Shown: in pieces, positions 1-11,090 of the stretch
Layout of the letters: each line of letters opens with the position of its first letter
Numbering within the stretch: the stretch's first letter is position 1
NCBI RefSeq assembly: GCF_963921235.1
Contig: NC_086101.1
Span: 4,466,001-4,530,000, forward strand
DNA from: Mobula hypostoma
Lineage: Eukaryota
Reading direction: 5' to 3'
Length of the DNA: 64,000 nucleotides
Notes under the pieces: generated by a model
What the model was told of the DNA's origin: nothing
The model's input: only the letters and a program-made list of their open reading frames with translations
The model's database searches: none
Position numbers and translations under genes: made by a program

Positions 1-1114
1 CACTTGCAGAGGCTGTAAAGTGAAGTGCAAAGTCCCCCTTCTTCCTAGAGAGAAGAACCCAACCCCTTGTCTGTTCAAGGTTATCTAAAGACAACTCGAG
101 GTCGAGTCTTTTGAGGTGGTTTGATATGCAGTTAATGATGTCCTTTAAGTTATTTTCTCTAATCTTGTAGTAGATAGAATTTGGCCTGAAGCCTCAAGAA
201 GTGTGTTCTAACATTACCCCCCACCCCCCTCACCGCATACTCTACAGAGGCACAGTGGCCATTTCCCGAGTCCCAGTTTGTGATTCAGTTCGGCACAGAT
301 GAGAGCGAGACTGCTGTCTCATGTATCGGTAGGGGTCACAGTATCAGTGTGCCTGATTGAGACCGGTAAGCAGTTATAAAGAAATGTACTAGCTCCAGTA
401 ACCTACCCTTCCAAAAATGAATTACATACTTCTTGTCATTTTTTTAAAATGTGCTCATCTGGATCTGAGGGTTTAATTTCTGTTCAAAAGTGTTCATTAA
501 AGAATCTTATGCTGTGTTTTTTTTAATATAAAATTGGCTTGCTTAGTTTATTGGCCATCTATGTGTAGTGACATATTGTTATACCGGGACCAAGGGTGCA
601 CAATTCACAATCCAGTTCAATATCACTGGCAGATGTCTCGGAAGCTGAACATTGCAATACATAATAATAAAAACATTTTGTATATACACATGGGGTAATC
701 CCAGGAAGTAAGTTTTACAAAAAACAGTGAGGTGTGTTCACGGCTTCATGGACCTTCCGGAAATAGGATGGCAGAGGGGAAGAAATTGTTCCTAAAATGT
801 TAAGTGTGTGCCTTCAGGCTCTTGTATCTCCTTGATGGTAGTAATAAAAAGAGGGCCTGATGGGTGAGGGGGGTCCTTTTCCCCAAACTTCAAATGAAAT
901 GTTGCCAGCGTTGTGCCTTCTTTGTAATTGCATCAGTCTGGAGGACAAGACCTTCTGTATGTATGCCTTGATGGTGCAAAGGCTGGCACAACACTGTGTG
1001 CTGAAAGGCCCACACTGCACAGTTCCACGGATAATAATCTGCTTGTAGAATGCAGCAGGTCAAGCAGCGCGGGTGTCAGGAGTTCTTGATGTTTCAGGCT
1101 GTGCATGCTTTTGA

Positions 1115-1590
1115 CAACGTCATTTGGAGTATTGTGCTCAGTTCTGCAGAAGTTTTAGAGAGGGTGCAGAGGAGATTTACCGGAATGGACCTGGATTAGA
1201 GAGCACGTCTCATTAGGATAGATTGAATGAGCTTTGACTTTTCTCTTTGGAGCGAAGGATGATAAGAGGTGACTTGATAGAAGTTTACAAAACACACATC
1301 GAATGGACAGCCGGAGACTTTTCCCCAGGGCTGAAATGTCAATATGAGGGGGCATAATTTTAAGGAATTTGGAGGAAAATATAGGGGAAATGTCAGAGGT
1401 AAGTTTACGCAGAGAACAGTGGAACACCCTGCCAGAAGTGATGGTAGAGGCAGATACATTAGGAATATTTAAAAGAGACTCGGATAGACACATGGATGAA
1501 CAAAAGCTAGGGTTTTATGAATGGGAAGGTTGATCGTGGAGTGGGTTAAAAAATCAGCACAACATTGTCGGCTGAATGGCCTGCACTGTT
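1115..1590 (+). mobile_element. Decayed CR1 LINE 3' fragment
   Basis: Degenerate match to the CR1 ORF2 C-terminus (ERVQRRFT.M region) and 3' UTR, similar to younger CR1 copies in this window. Confidence 0.75.
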
Positions 1591-1959
1591 CCCACTGTGG
1601 ACATGGGGAGTGAGATGGAAAACATTCAATAAGCAATCTTGCCACTCTCACATAGAATGCTGGAGGAACTCAGCAAGTCAGGCAGTGTCTATGGAAGAAA
1701 GTAAACACACACACACACATGCACCCACCCACCCACCCACCCCTCAACCCACTGAGTTCCTCCAGCAAATAACCTGTTGCTCCAGATGACAACATCTGGA
1801 GCCCCTTATTTCTCTAGTATTGCACAGGGTTTGCTCGGACCACCACCAGGTTAGGGGGTGGGGAAGGGTGAACTTACGTGCCCTATGTTTATGAGTGGTT
1901 TTGTGCATTTCGTGAGGATCAGTGTAGCTCTCATTTGTGGGTTAGTGGAACCTGGAACA

Positions 1960-2655
1960 ATCTCAGGTCGGAGATAAGCTGGCACACTGGTTGAGCATCT
2001 CTGCTCCATCTGAAAAAGCAGAATTCCCAGTGGCCAAACATTTCAGCTCCTGTCCCCATTCTCTTTCTGTTCCGACGTGTCGGCGGCCCATGGCCACCTC
2101 TTCTGCCACAACAAGGCCACTCTCAGGTTGAAAGAGCAACACCTCATATTCCTTCAGGTAGCTACAGGTATATGGAGGAATTTAAGGTGGGGGGTTATAT
2201 GGGAGGCAGGGTTTGAGGGTCAGCACAACATTGTGGGCCAAAGGGCCTGTACTGTGCTGTACTATTCTATGTTCTACCAACCTAATGGCATGAATATCGA
2301 TTTCTCCCATTTCTGGTCATTTTTTCCCCTCCCCATTCCCTCTAATTCAATTCCCCGCTCTGGCATCTTACCTGCTCACCAGCCTATCAGCTCCCCTTGG
2401 TACCCTTCTCCCTTTCCTTTCTCCATGATTCACTCTACTCTCCTATTAGGTGCCTTTTCCACCATCACCTCACAGCTTCTTACTTCACCCTCTCCCACGG
2501 TACTCCTTCCCCTCCTCCCACTCCTTATTCAAGCTTCTTCCTCCTTAATTCCCAATCCTGATGAGGGGTCTTGGCCCAGAACTTCAACTGCTGATACATT
2601 TCCATAGACACTGCCTGACCTGGTGAGTTCCTGCAGCATTTTGTGTGTCGCACTG
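1960..2655 (+). mobile_element. Penelope-like element 3' part (GIY-YIG C-terminus plus terminal repeat) with a short CR1 3' end nested at ~2162-2275
   Basis: Translates to EHLCS..PVAKHFS..HGHLFC..ATLRLKEQHLIF..QPNGMNIDFS, typical of the Penelope endonuclease end. It is followed by a pyrimidine-rich tract and a degenerate CTGATGA..GGCCC motif at ~2558. Confidence 0.8.
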
Positions 2656-3234
2656 AGATTAGTAACTTCCCACATTTTTCTCAAGCCTTTCATTGTTCCT
2701 GTAGCTAAAACAAATACTTTATAATGCAGTACCATAGAGACCGAGGCTCTATTGTGCATTAGCAGGATATGTTGGGCATACAGTCCATCCACATAGACTC
2801 TGAAACTAAACCTTTGAACAGAAGGCACTAGCCTATTACTAATTCCTGGACTTTAGTTCAAAATTTTATTGCCAGGAATGTAAGCTGATGAGACATCAAC
2901 TTTGAGTGTATGATGTTACATTACAAGGAAGTTTCCATTTGCTACACCAGGAAGCGGAGAATTTTAATCTTTAAACAACAATTATTCATTCACTGCACTT
3001 CCTTGATGTGATGGATTGTAATTGAAAGGGTGTTGCCAAACGGATAGTGAGGTGACTGGCCAGAGAAGGATGTTTTTAAAGAGTGTTTCAGATAAAGGCT
3101 GTGAAGAAGGTGGGAGATGTTCAGGGAGGAGGCCAGGTCCCAGGCAGCTGGAAGCAGGTTCAGGGACATTCAAGGAACCAGACTTAGAAATTACTTTCTC
3201 AAGAAAATCTGCATATACTGGAAAATTTAAAGTA

Positions 3235-3480
3235 AGAGGAGGTAGTTGTCGCCTGGCCTCAGCAAGGTAGAGAGCAGTCTACTAGGCTGCTGCAACATCC
3301 CCCTTATCTGAGGATTTGATGGTGGAGTTGGGATTAGTGTGGAGAGCAGCACGTTCAGAAGGAGTGAGGTTAGATTTGGGGAGAGGAGTGCTAAAGTCGA
3401 GACGGTTGATGTCTCATCGGCAGTTAGCAATAAAAAGATCCAGAGCAGGGTGTCCAAGAAGAGGAGGAAGGTTGAAGATG
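3235..3480 (-). mobile_element. Penelope-like ORF fragment (region N-terminal to RT)
   Basis: Minus strand reads ..SNLTPSERAALHTNPNSTIKSSDKG..LYLAEARRQL, resembling the Penelope IKPADKG motif; contains stops. Confidence 0.7.
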
Positions 3481-3644
3481 GGAGAAGGGGTCATCAGTGT
3501 CTCCCTCTCTCACATTATCTCCTTATCTGGCCATCACCTCTGTCTGGTGCTCCTCCTCTTCCTTACGTAGTCTTCTGTCCTCCCCTATCAGATTCCCCCT
3601 TCTCCAGCCCTTTATCTCTTTCATCAATCAACTTCCCTGCTATT

Positions 3645-4355
3645 TAGAACATAGAACATAGAATAGTACAGCACAGTACAGGCCCTTCGGCCCACAATGT
3701 TGTGCTGACCCTCAAACCCTGCCTCCCATATAAGCCCCCACCTTAAATTCATCCATATACCTGTCTAGTAGTCTCTTAAACTTCACTAGTGTATCTGCCT
3801 CCACCACTGACTCAGGCAGTGCATTCCACACACGAACCACTCTCTGAGTAAAAAACCTTCCTCTAATTTCCCCCTTGAACTTCCCACCCCTTACCTTAAA
3901 GCCATGTCCTCTTGTATTGAGCAGTGGTGCCCTGGGGAAGAGGCACTGGCTATCCACTCTATCTATTCCTCTTATTATCTTGTACACCTCTATCATGTCT
4001 CCTCTCATCCTCCTTCTCTCCAAAGAGTAAAGCCCTCGCTCCCTTAATCTCTGATCACAATGCATACTCTCTAAACCAGGCAGCATCCTGGTAAATCTCC
4101 TCTGTACCCTTTCCAATGCTTCCACGTCCTTCCTATAGTGAGGTGACCAGAACTGGATACAGTACTCCAAGTGTGGCCTAACCAGAGTTTTATAGAGCTG
4201 CATCATTACATCGCGACTCTTAAACTCTATCCCTCGACATATGAAAGCTAACACTCCATAAGCTTTCTTAACTACCCTATCCACCTGTGAGGCAACTTTC
4301 AGGGATCTGTGGACATGTACCCCGAGATCCCTCTGCTCCTCCACACTACCAAGTC
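3645..4355 (-). mobile_element. Young 5'-truncated CR1 LINE
   Basis: Open 210-aa CR1 ORF2 C-terminus (RDLGVHVHRSLK..RPHLEYCIQFWSPH..TRGHGFKVRG) and a (TTCTATG)n-type tail; near-identical to 28230-28930. Confidence 0.95.
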
Positions 4356-5039
4356 CCTTCTGGTTTCACCTTTCACCTGCCACCTTGTCAAATTGAAATG
4401 GGTGGCCACTGGAAGATCATGCCTTATGTGACAGAGCTAAGGTTCTTGACGAGGCAGTTCCCAATCTGTGTCAGGTCTCACTGATACAGAGGAGGAAAGA
4501 AGAGGTGAGAGGGCCATCAGAATGCAGGAAAACAAAAGGATGTGGGGCGGTGGGGCTGTTGAACAGAGGGGAGTGGTTACTGGAAGGTGGAGAAATGCTG
4601 ATCATGCCATCAGATTGGCAACTACACAGACAGAATATATTCTGACACCTGCCCCCTACCTTTCCAGTCGTGATGAGGGCTCAGTCCAAAACACCAACTG
4701 TTTATTCCCCTGCCTGTGTGCTGCCTGACTTGGTGAGTTCCTCCTGCATTTTGTGTGTGTTGCTCCAGATCTTCAGCGTTTGCAGAATTACTTGTGTTTG
4801 TGATGTTGCAGCTTTAAAGTTTTAAAGTCAGCATTGCTTTAAAAAGAAACAGGTCCCCAGTACCAAGAGAGGCAACGACAGCGGTGGCTAATGCACTACC
4901 CACAACCCTGCAGGTTTCTCTGGGGTCCCTCGTCACCTTGACACAGAAAGAGGTGATGTATTGAATTACTTAACAAAAGCAGATACCTCTGCTTTGAAAT
5001 TTGGAAATTCAGCCATTTACCCTCCCACTCCTGCTACCT

Positions 5040-5630
5040 GTCACCCCTTCACCTGGATCACTAATCACCCCTTCACCTGGATCACCCATTAGCCCTTCAG
5101 CTGGATCACCTATCCTCTTCACCTGGATCCACCCATCACTCCTTCACGTAGATCCACCCATCACCTCTACACCTGGATCACCTGCCACCCCCTCACCTGG
5201 ATCCATCCACCACCCTATCACCTGGATCCATCCATCACCCCATCTGGATCACCTGCTGCCCCATCACCTATCACCCCCTCACCTGGATCACATATTGTCC
5301 CATCACGTGGATCACCAAACATCTCTTCACCTAGATCACCTGCCACCCTTTCACCTAGATCACCTATCACCCCTTCACCAGGTTCACCAATCACCCCTTC
5401 ACCTGGATCCACCCATCACCCCATCACGTGAATCATGAATCACCTCTTTACCTGGATGCACCCACCACCTCTTCACTGAATCATCAATCACCCCTTCACC
5501 TGGACCACTTTTCATCCTTCACCTGGATCACTATTCATCCCTTCACCTGGACCCACCCAGCATCCCTTCACTGAATCACCGGTCACCCCTTCACCTGAAT
5601 CGCCCATCACCCCTTCACCTGGATCCACCC
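5040..5630. repeat. Degenerate ~23-bp minisatellite (CCATCACCCCTTCACCTGGATCA-like)
   Basis: Recurring CACCTGGATC motif at ~23-bp spacing. Confidence 0.9.
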
Positions 5631-5799
5631 ACCCTCGAGATTCAGATTCTCATAGGTGCCAACGACTAACACATCGTAAGGATGTGCTGGGGGCAGCCCA
5701 TAACTGTCACCATGCCTCCGGCGTCAACAGCGTGTCTACAATGTTCAGCAGGACAACGCATGCAACAACACTAAAAGACATCAGCAAAACAAGCCTCTT

Positions 5800-6370
5800 T
5801 CACACACAGACCATAAGAAATAGGAGCAGAATTCGGCCATTCTGCCTTTCAAGACCTCTGCTCTAAATGAGCCCAATGATTTGGCCTGTACAGCGGTCTG
5901 GCTGAAGAAATTCCTCCTCATCTCTGCTGTAAATGGATGTCCCTCCATTCTGAGGCTGTGCCCTCTGATCCTAGTCTCCCCTGCTATAGGAAACATCATC
6001 TCCACATCCACTCTATCTAAGCCTTTAAATATTCAACAGGTGTCAATGAAATCCCCCCTTCATTCTTCCAAACTCCAGCAAATATGCCCCAGAGCTATCA
6101 AACACTCCTTGTATGTTAAGCCTTTCCTCCCAGCATCATTCTCATGAACCTCCTCGGGAGCCTCTCCAACGCTGGCACATCTTTCTCAGATGAAGAGCCC
6201 AAAGCTGCTCACGATGTCTAAGTGGAGTCTGACCGATGCCCCATAAACCCTCAGTATTACTTACTTTTATATTCTCCTCCTCCCAAAATAACATTGCATT
6301 TGCATTCCTTAACCACCGACACAACCCGCTAGTTAACCTTTATGGAACCCTGCATGAGGACTCCCAAACC
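5800..6370 (-). mobile_element. Decayed CR1 3' fragment
   Basis: RGHSLRMEGHPF..EMRRNFFSQ motif on the minus strand. Confidence 0.8.
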
Positions 6371-6954
6371 CCTTCGCTGGAGCCTGAATCCCAGAGCGTG
6401 CAGTCAAGCAGCACTTACGGGAAAGCAGAATTAACGCCTTTGCATTGGAACCTTTTGTTGAGTCATCAATCTGAAACGTTAATTCTTTTTCCGTTGGACA
6501 AGTTAAACTGCACAGCAAGATTCTAATTGTAGAGTTACCCTGCCTCCCTGGCCTGAAGCAACTGTCTTTCCTGCAGCAGCTTATCCATCACCGAGCACTC
6601 GAACAAACTTCAGGAGAATCGCCAGTGGTGAATGAGTCAGCTCACCAGAGCAAGCTGGGATAGCGAGTCGAGTGGTGTCACAAAAAAACAATCAACATCA
6701 ACAAAACTAAACAGCTGACTGTCGACTTCAGGGTTGTAAATGAGCCAGTTTACAGCAGGAAAATGGTCATGGAGAGGGTCTGTAGCTTTAAATTCATGGG
6801 TGGATTCAGATTAAGATTTATTTATCACATGTACATGGCAACATACAGTGAAATGCATTGTTTGCATTAACAACCATCAGGATGTGCTGGGGGCAGCCCA
6901 CAAGTGCCCACATAACATGTCCACCATGTTCAGCAGAACAACACAAGCAACAAC

Positions 6955-8235
6955 AGCAATGACCTGGATGAGGAAGTGGAGGGATGGGTTAGTAAGTTTG
7001 CTGATGACACAAAAGTTAGGGGTGTTGTGGATAGTCTGAAGGGCTGTCAGAGGTTACAGTGGGACATCAATAGGATGCAGAACTGGGCTGAGAATAGAGC
7101 TCAACCCAGATAAGCGTGAAGTGGTTCATTTCGGTAGATCATTTGAAGACAGAATATAGCAGTAAAAGTCAGACTCTTGACAGTGTGGAGGATCTGAGAG
7201 GTTTTGGAGTCCGTGTCGATAGGACACTCAAAGCTGCTGCGCAGGTTGACAGTGTGGTTAAGAAGGCATATGGTGTGTTGGCATTCATCAACTGTGGAAT
7301 TGAGTTCAAGATTTGTGAACAGTTTTGGGCCCCTCATCTCAGAAAAGATGTGCTGGCATTGGAGAGGGTCCAGAGGAGGTTCACAAGGATGATTCCAGAA
7401 ATGAAAGGGTTATCATAGGATGGCTCTGGATCTGTACCCACTGGCTTTCAGAAGGATGAGGGGGGATCTCATTGAAACCTTTTGAATGTTGAAAGGCCTC
7501 GACAGAGTAAATGTGGAAAGGATGTTTCCCGTGGTGGGAGAGTCCAGGACAAGGGGGCACAGCCTCATGATAGAGGGGTGCCCTTTCAAAACAGAGATGT
7601 GGAAACATTCCTTTATTCAAAGGGTGGTGGATTTTATGAAATTTGTTGCCACATGCAGCTGTGGAGGCCAGGTCTTTAAGTGTATTTAAGGCAGAGATTG
7701 ATAGTTTCCTGATTGGACATGACATCAAAGGTTACGGGGAGAAGGCGGGAACTGGGGTTGAGGAGGAGATAGAAAAAAGGATCAGCCATGATTGAGTGGT
7801 GGAGGAGACTCGATGAGCCAAATGGCCTAATTCTGCTCCCTTGTCTTATGGTCTTATAAGATGAGAGGTATTGATTGTGTGGATAGCCACAGTGCTGAAA
7901 TGGCTAACACGAGGGGCATAGTTTTAAGGTGCTTGGAAGTAGGTACATGGGGAATGTCAGGTATAAGTTTTTCAGACAGAGTGGTGGGTGCATGGAATGC
8001 ACTCCAGTGACGGTGGTGGAGGCAGATGCAATAGGGGCTTTTAAGAGGCTCTTCGATAGGTACGTGGAGCTTAGAAAAATAGAGGGCTATGCAGTAGGGA
8101 AGTTCTAGGCAGCTTCCAGAGTAGGTTACATGGTTGGCACAATATTGTGGGCCGAAGGGCCTGTAATGTGCTGTGGATTTCAAAGTTTCTATGTTCACAA
8201 CAAAATAAGACAATGACAGCAATGCTCCTTTCCTT

Positions 8236-8276
<41 letters not shown>

Positions 8277-9570
8277 CCACCTTCAGTATTGACATCTCTG
8301 TCTGTGCTCAGCACATAGATGCAAATTTGCAAAGGCGTATGGTGTGCTGGTTTTCATTGGTCGGAGGGATTGAGTTCAAGACCTGCAAGTTAATGTTGCA
8401 GCTCTATAAAACTCTGCTTATACTGCACTTGGAATAGTATGTTCATTTCTGGTCACCTCATTATAAGAAGGATATGAAAGCTTTAGAGTGTGCAGAGGAG
8501 ATTTGGTAGGATGCTACCTGGTTTGGAGAGCAGTTCTTCTTGAGTGAGTTTGGGCTTTTCTCTTTGCTGCAGAAGAGGACAAGGGATGACTTATAGAAGT
8601 GTACAAAATGATAAAAAGCACGACCAGACACTTTCCCCCAATAGCTAATATAACTGTGGAAGTGATTGTAGGAAAGTATAAGTTTTGTGGCAAAGTTTGC
8701 GGATGATACAAAGTTTGGTGGAACGGTAAGTAGTGCTGAGGAACAGACGGACAGACAAACTGGAAGAATGGGCAAAAAAGGGGAATAGAATATAAAAAAA
8801 AACAAGGAGATAACGCTGAGGATTTATAGGACACTCTTGGAGTATTGTCAACAGTTCTGGGCCCCGTATCTCAGAAAGGATGTGTTGTCATTGGAGAAAG
8901 TCCAGAGTAGGTTCATGAGGATAATTCTGGGAATGAAGGGGTTAATGTATGAGGAGCATCTGGCATCTTTGGGCCTGTACTCACTGGTATTTAGATGAAT
9001 GTATGGGGATTTCATTGAAACCTACCGAATGTTGAACAGACTAGATAAGGTGGATGGGGAGAGGATGTTTCCTGTGGTGGGTTTATCTGTAACTAGAAGG
9101 CACAGCCTCAAAGTTGAAGGGTGACCCTTTAGAACAGAGGTAAGGAGGAATTTTTCAAAGCCAGAGGGTGGTAAATCTGTGGAATGCTCTGCCACAGACT
9201 GGGGTGAAGGCCAACTCCGTGGGTATATTTAAGGTGGAAGTTATTAATTTCCTGATCGGTCAGGGCATCAAAGGATATGGCGAGAAGGCAGGTGTGCGGG
9301 GTTGGGTGGGATCTGGGATCAGCCATGATGGAACGGTGGAGCAGACTTGATGGGCTGAATGGCCTAATTCTGCTCCTATGTCTTATGGTTTTATAAGTTG
9401 GTAGGTTTGGTGATGGGTGCACTGCTAGGGGAGGTGGTAGAAGAGGCAGATATATTAGGGACATTTAAGACACTCTGAGAAAGGCACATGGAGGATAGAG
9501 TTAGATTGATCTTGAAGTAGGTTAAAAGATCAGCACAACATTGTGGGCTGTGGGGCCCTATCCTGTTCTA
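6955..9570 (+). mobile_element. Cluster of nested or adjacent CR1 ORF2 3' fragments (several subfamilies), with (CA)n at ~8237-8272
   Basis: Repeated KFADDTK, KKAYGVLAFI, EQFWAPHLRKDVLALERVQRRFTRMIP and TRGHSL motifs with frameshifts. Confidence 0.85.
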
Positions 9571-9604
9571 TAAGGAAGGAATATTAGCATTTTGTCTTAT
9601 TTTC

Positions 9605-10020
9605 AAGATTTTCCCTGTAGAAGTGGGATGCAGGGGATTCGTTGCTACATCTACAACCAGTCTATTGAAGCAGATGCGGGTGAGGGGTCACTCCCTCCAA
9701 CAAGCAATCAAGTCCTTGTCAAACTCAGCAGAAGAAAGCAGCAACTGGATTTGGATTAAAAGGAAAGACAACAACTGGGCTGCAAGATGAAGACAGGAGG
9801 GTATGGAACTGAGGGGGGTGTATCTGGGACGCCAGGTAGCACTGTTGAGCCCTCTGGAGACGTCGTGGGCTTATCAACGAAACGCCAAAGAAGGAGGGTG
9901 CCCACCTGATGACCCCGATGACGTACCTACCCTCCCTCCTTTTAACCACTCCAAGCCCACTGCCAACATCGAGAATGCCAACTTACCATAGGGATTGAAA
10001 CATCAAGTCCCAGTAGCTCT
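9605..10020 (+). mobile_element. HERO-type (RLE) non-LTR retrotransposon 3' fragment, family A
   Basis: 9605-9790 reads KIFPVEVGCRGFVATSTTSLLKQMRVRGHSLQQAIKSLSNSAEESSNWIWIKRKDNNWAAR*. VEVGCRGF and AE.SS.W.W.KR are characteristic of the HERO restriction-like endonuclease C-terminus. Not listed in the ORF track. Confidence 0.85.
9796..9935 (+). ncRNA. Candidate permuted hammerhead ribozyme with kink-turn (HERO 3' UTR)
   Basis: Core GUC 9862-64, GAAA 9879-82, CUGAUGA 9906-12. Stem I GTGGGC/GCCCAC, stem II GTTGA/TCAAC, stem III plus K-turn. Same topology at 63333-63450. Confidence 0.7.
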
Positions 10021-10729
10021 ACTGCAAGCACAGTGAGGAGGTTTAGGTCACTGAGCATCTTGGCAAACCTCTACAGCTTACTGTTGAACGTGTCCTGATT
10101 GGTTTTAGCATGGTCTGGTACAGCAATTCGAACGCAGGAACCTAACAACTTGTAGAGTGCAGTGGACTCTTGCCGAATGCACCCCTGCCCATCATTGGCA
10201 GTACTGTATCCACAGGAGCTGCTGCATTAGGAAGGCAACTTGCACCACGGAGATGCCCATCATCCAGCTCATGCCAGGTTCTCACCGCTGCCAGCCGGTG
10301 CAGGTGGGAAAGTCTGGCATCCCACCACCAGGCTGAGGAACATCAAATTCCCTACAACCATTTGATTCTTAGTCCAACCAGCAAAACCCCAATCATAAAC
10401 ACAGGAGGTTCCGCAGATGCGGGAAATCCAGAGCAACACACGTAAAATGCTGGAGGAACTCAGCAGGTCGGGGAGCGTCTAATCATTACAGGTTGACAAC
10501 GTGATGACTACTTTGATCGCTCTGCACTAAAATTGTTTTGTTTTCAAATTGCCTGCTTTCTTGTAAAATTGTATGTATTTTTTGTTTAATATAAGTCTTC
10601 CTTCTGAATGCAAATGCGTGCCTGTGAAGCCACTGCAGGTAAGTTTTTCCTGCGCCCGTGCGTAAGCAGTGTCTGGGTGATGCCGAGAATGGGCTGACCT
10701 TGATTTATTTATTGCCTGGAGGCTGGGAT

Positions 10730-11044
10730 CAGCAGGTAATGGGCGGGGCCACAAAAATGGGCGAGGCCAACAGGTAATGTGTGAGGTCAACAAGTAAAGT
10801 GGGCGGGGGGGCAGCCATAATTCAATGACGCGGGCCAGCAGGTGACGAGGCGGGGCGGGGCCGGGCCAATCCACGCCTCAGATGTGGGCGGGGCCAGACC
10901 AGATTCATTAATCGCACGGGGGCGTGGCCAGTCCCGCCTCACCTGACAGGGGGCATGGCTAGCCGGAACTGGAGGGGAACAGGTGTGGTGACGCAGCGCG
11001 GCATCCACAGGTGAGGGTTCGGGGAGAGCGGCGGCAGCCCCGAG
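10730..11044 (+). promoter_or_regulatory. slc44a4: slc44a4 proximal promoter/5' UTR at the start of a CpG-rich region
   Basis: GC boxes at 10741, 10801, 10849-60 and 10886, CCAAT at 10866, clustered E-boxes, directly upstream of coding exon 1. CpG richness continues to ~12780. Confidence 0.8.
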
Positions 11045-11090
11045 ATGGGCAAGAAGAAGAAAGCGGAAGGGAAGGAGTCGGAGCCCTACG
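11045..11090 (+). CDS. slc44a4: Choline transporter-like protein 4, coding exon 1
   Basis: GAGATGG Kozak context; MGKKKKAEGKESEPY-G then GTAAGG donor (phase 1) joining in frame to exon 2; resembles the human SLC44A4 N-terminus (MGGKQ..EAYG). Confidence 0.88.

Noticed and set aside
11008..11016. CAG/GTGAGG donor-like site upstream of the ATG
   Set aside because: No evidence for a matching upstream exon; equally explained as an E-box in the 5' UTR.
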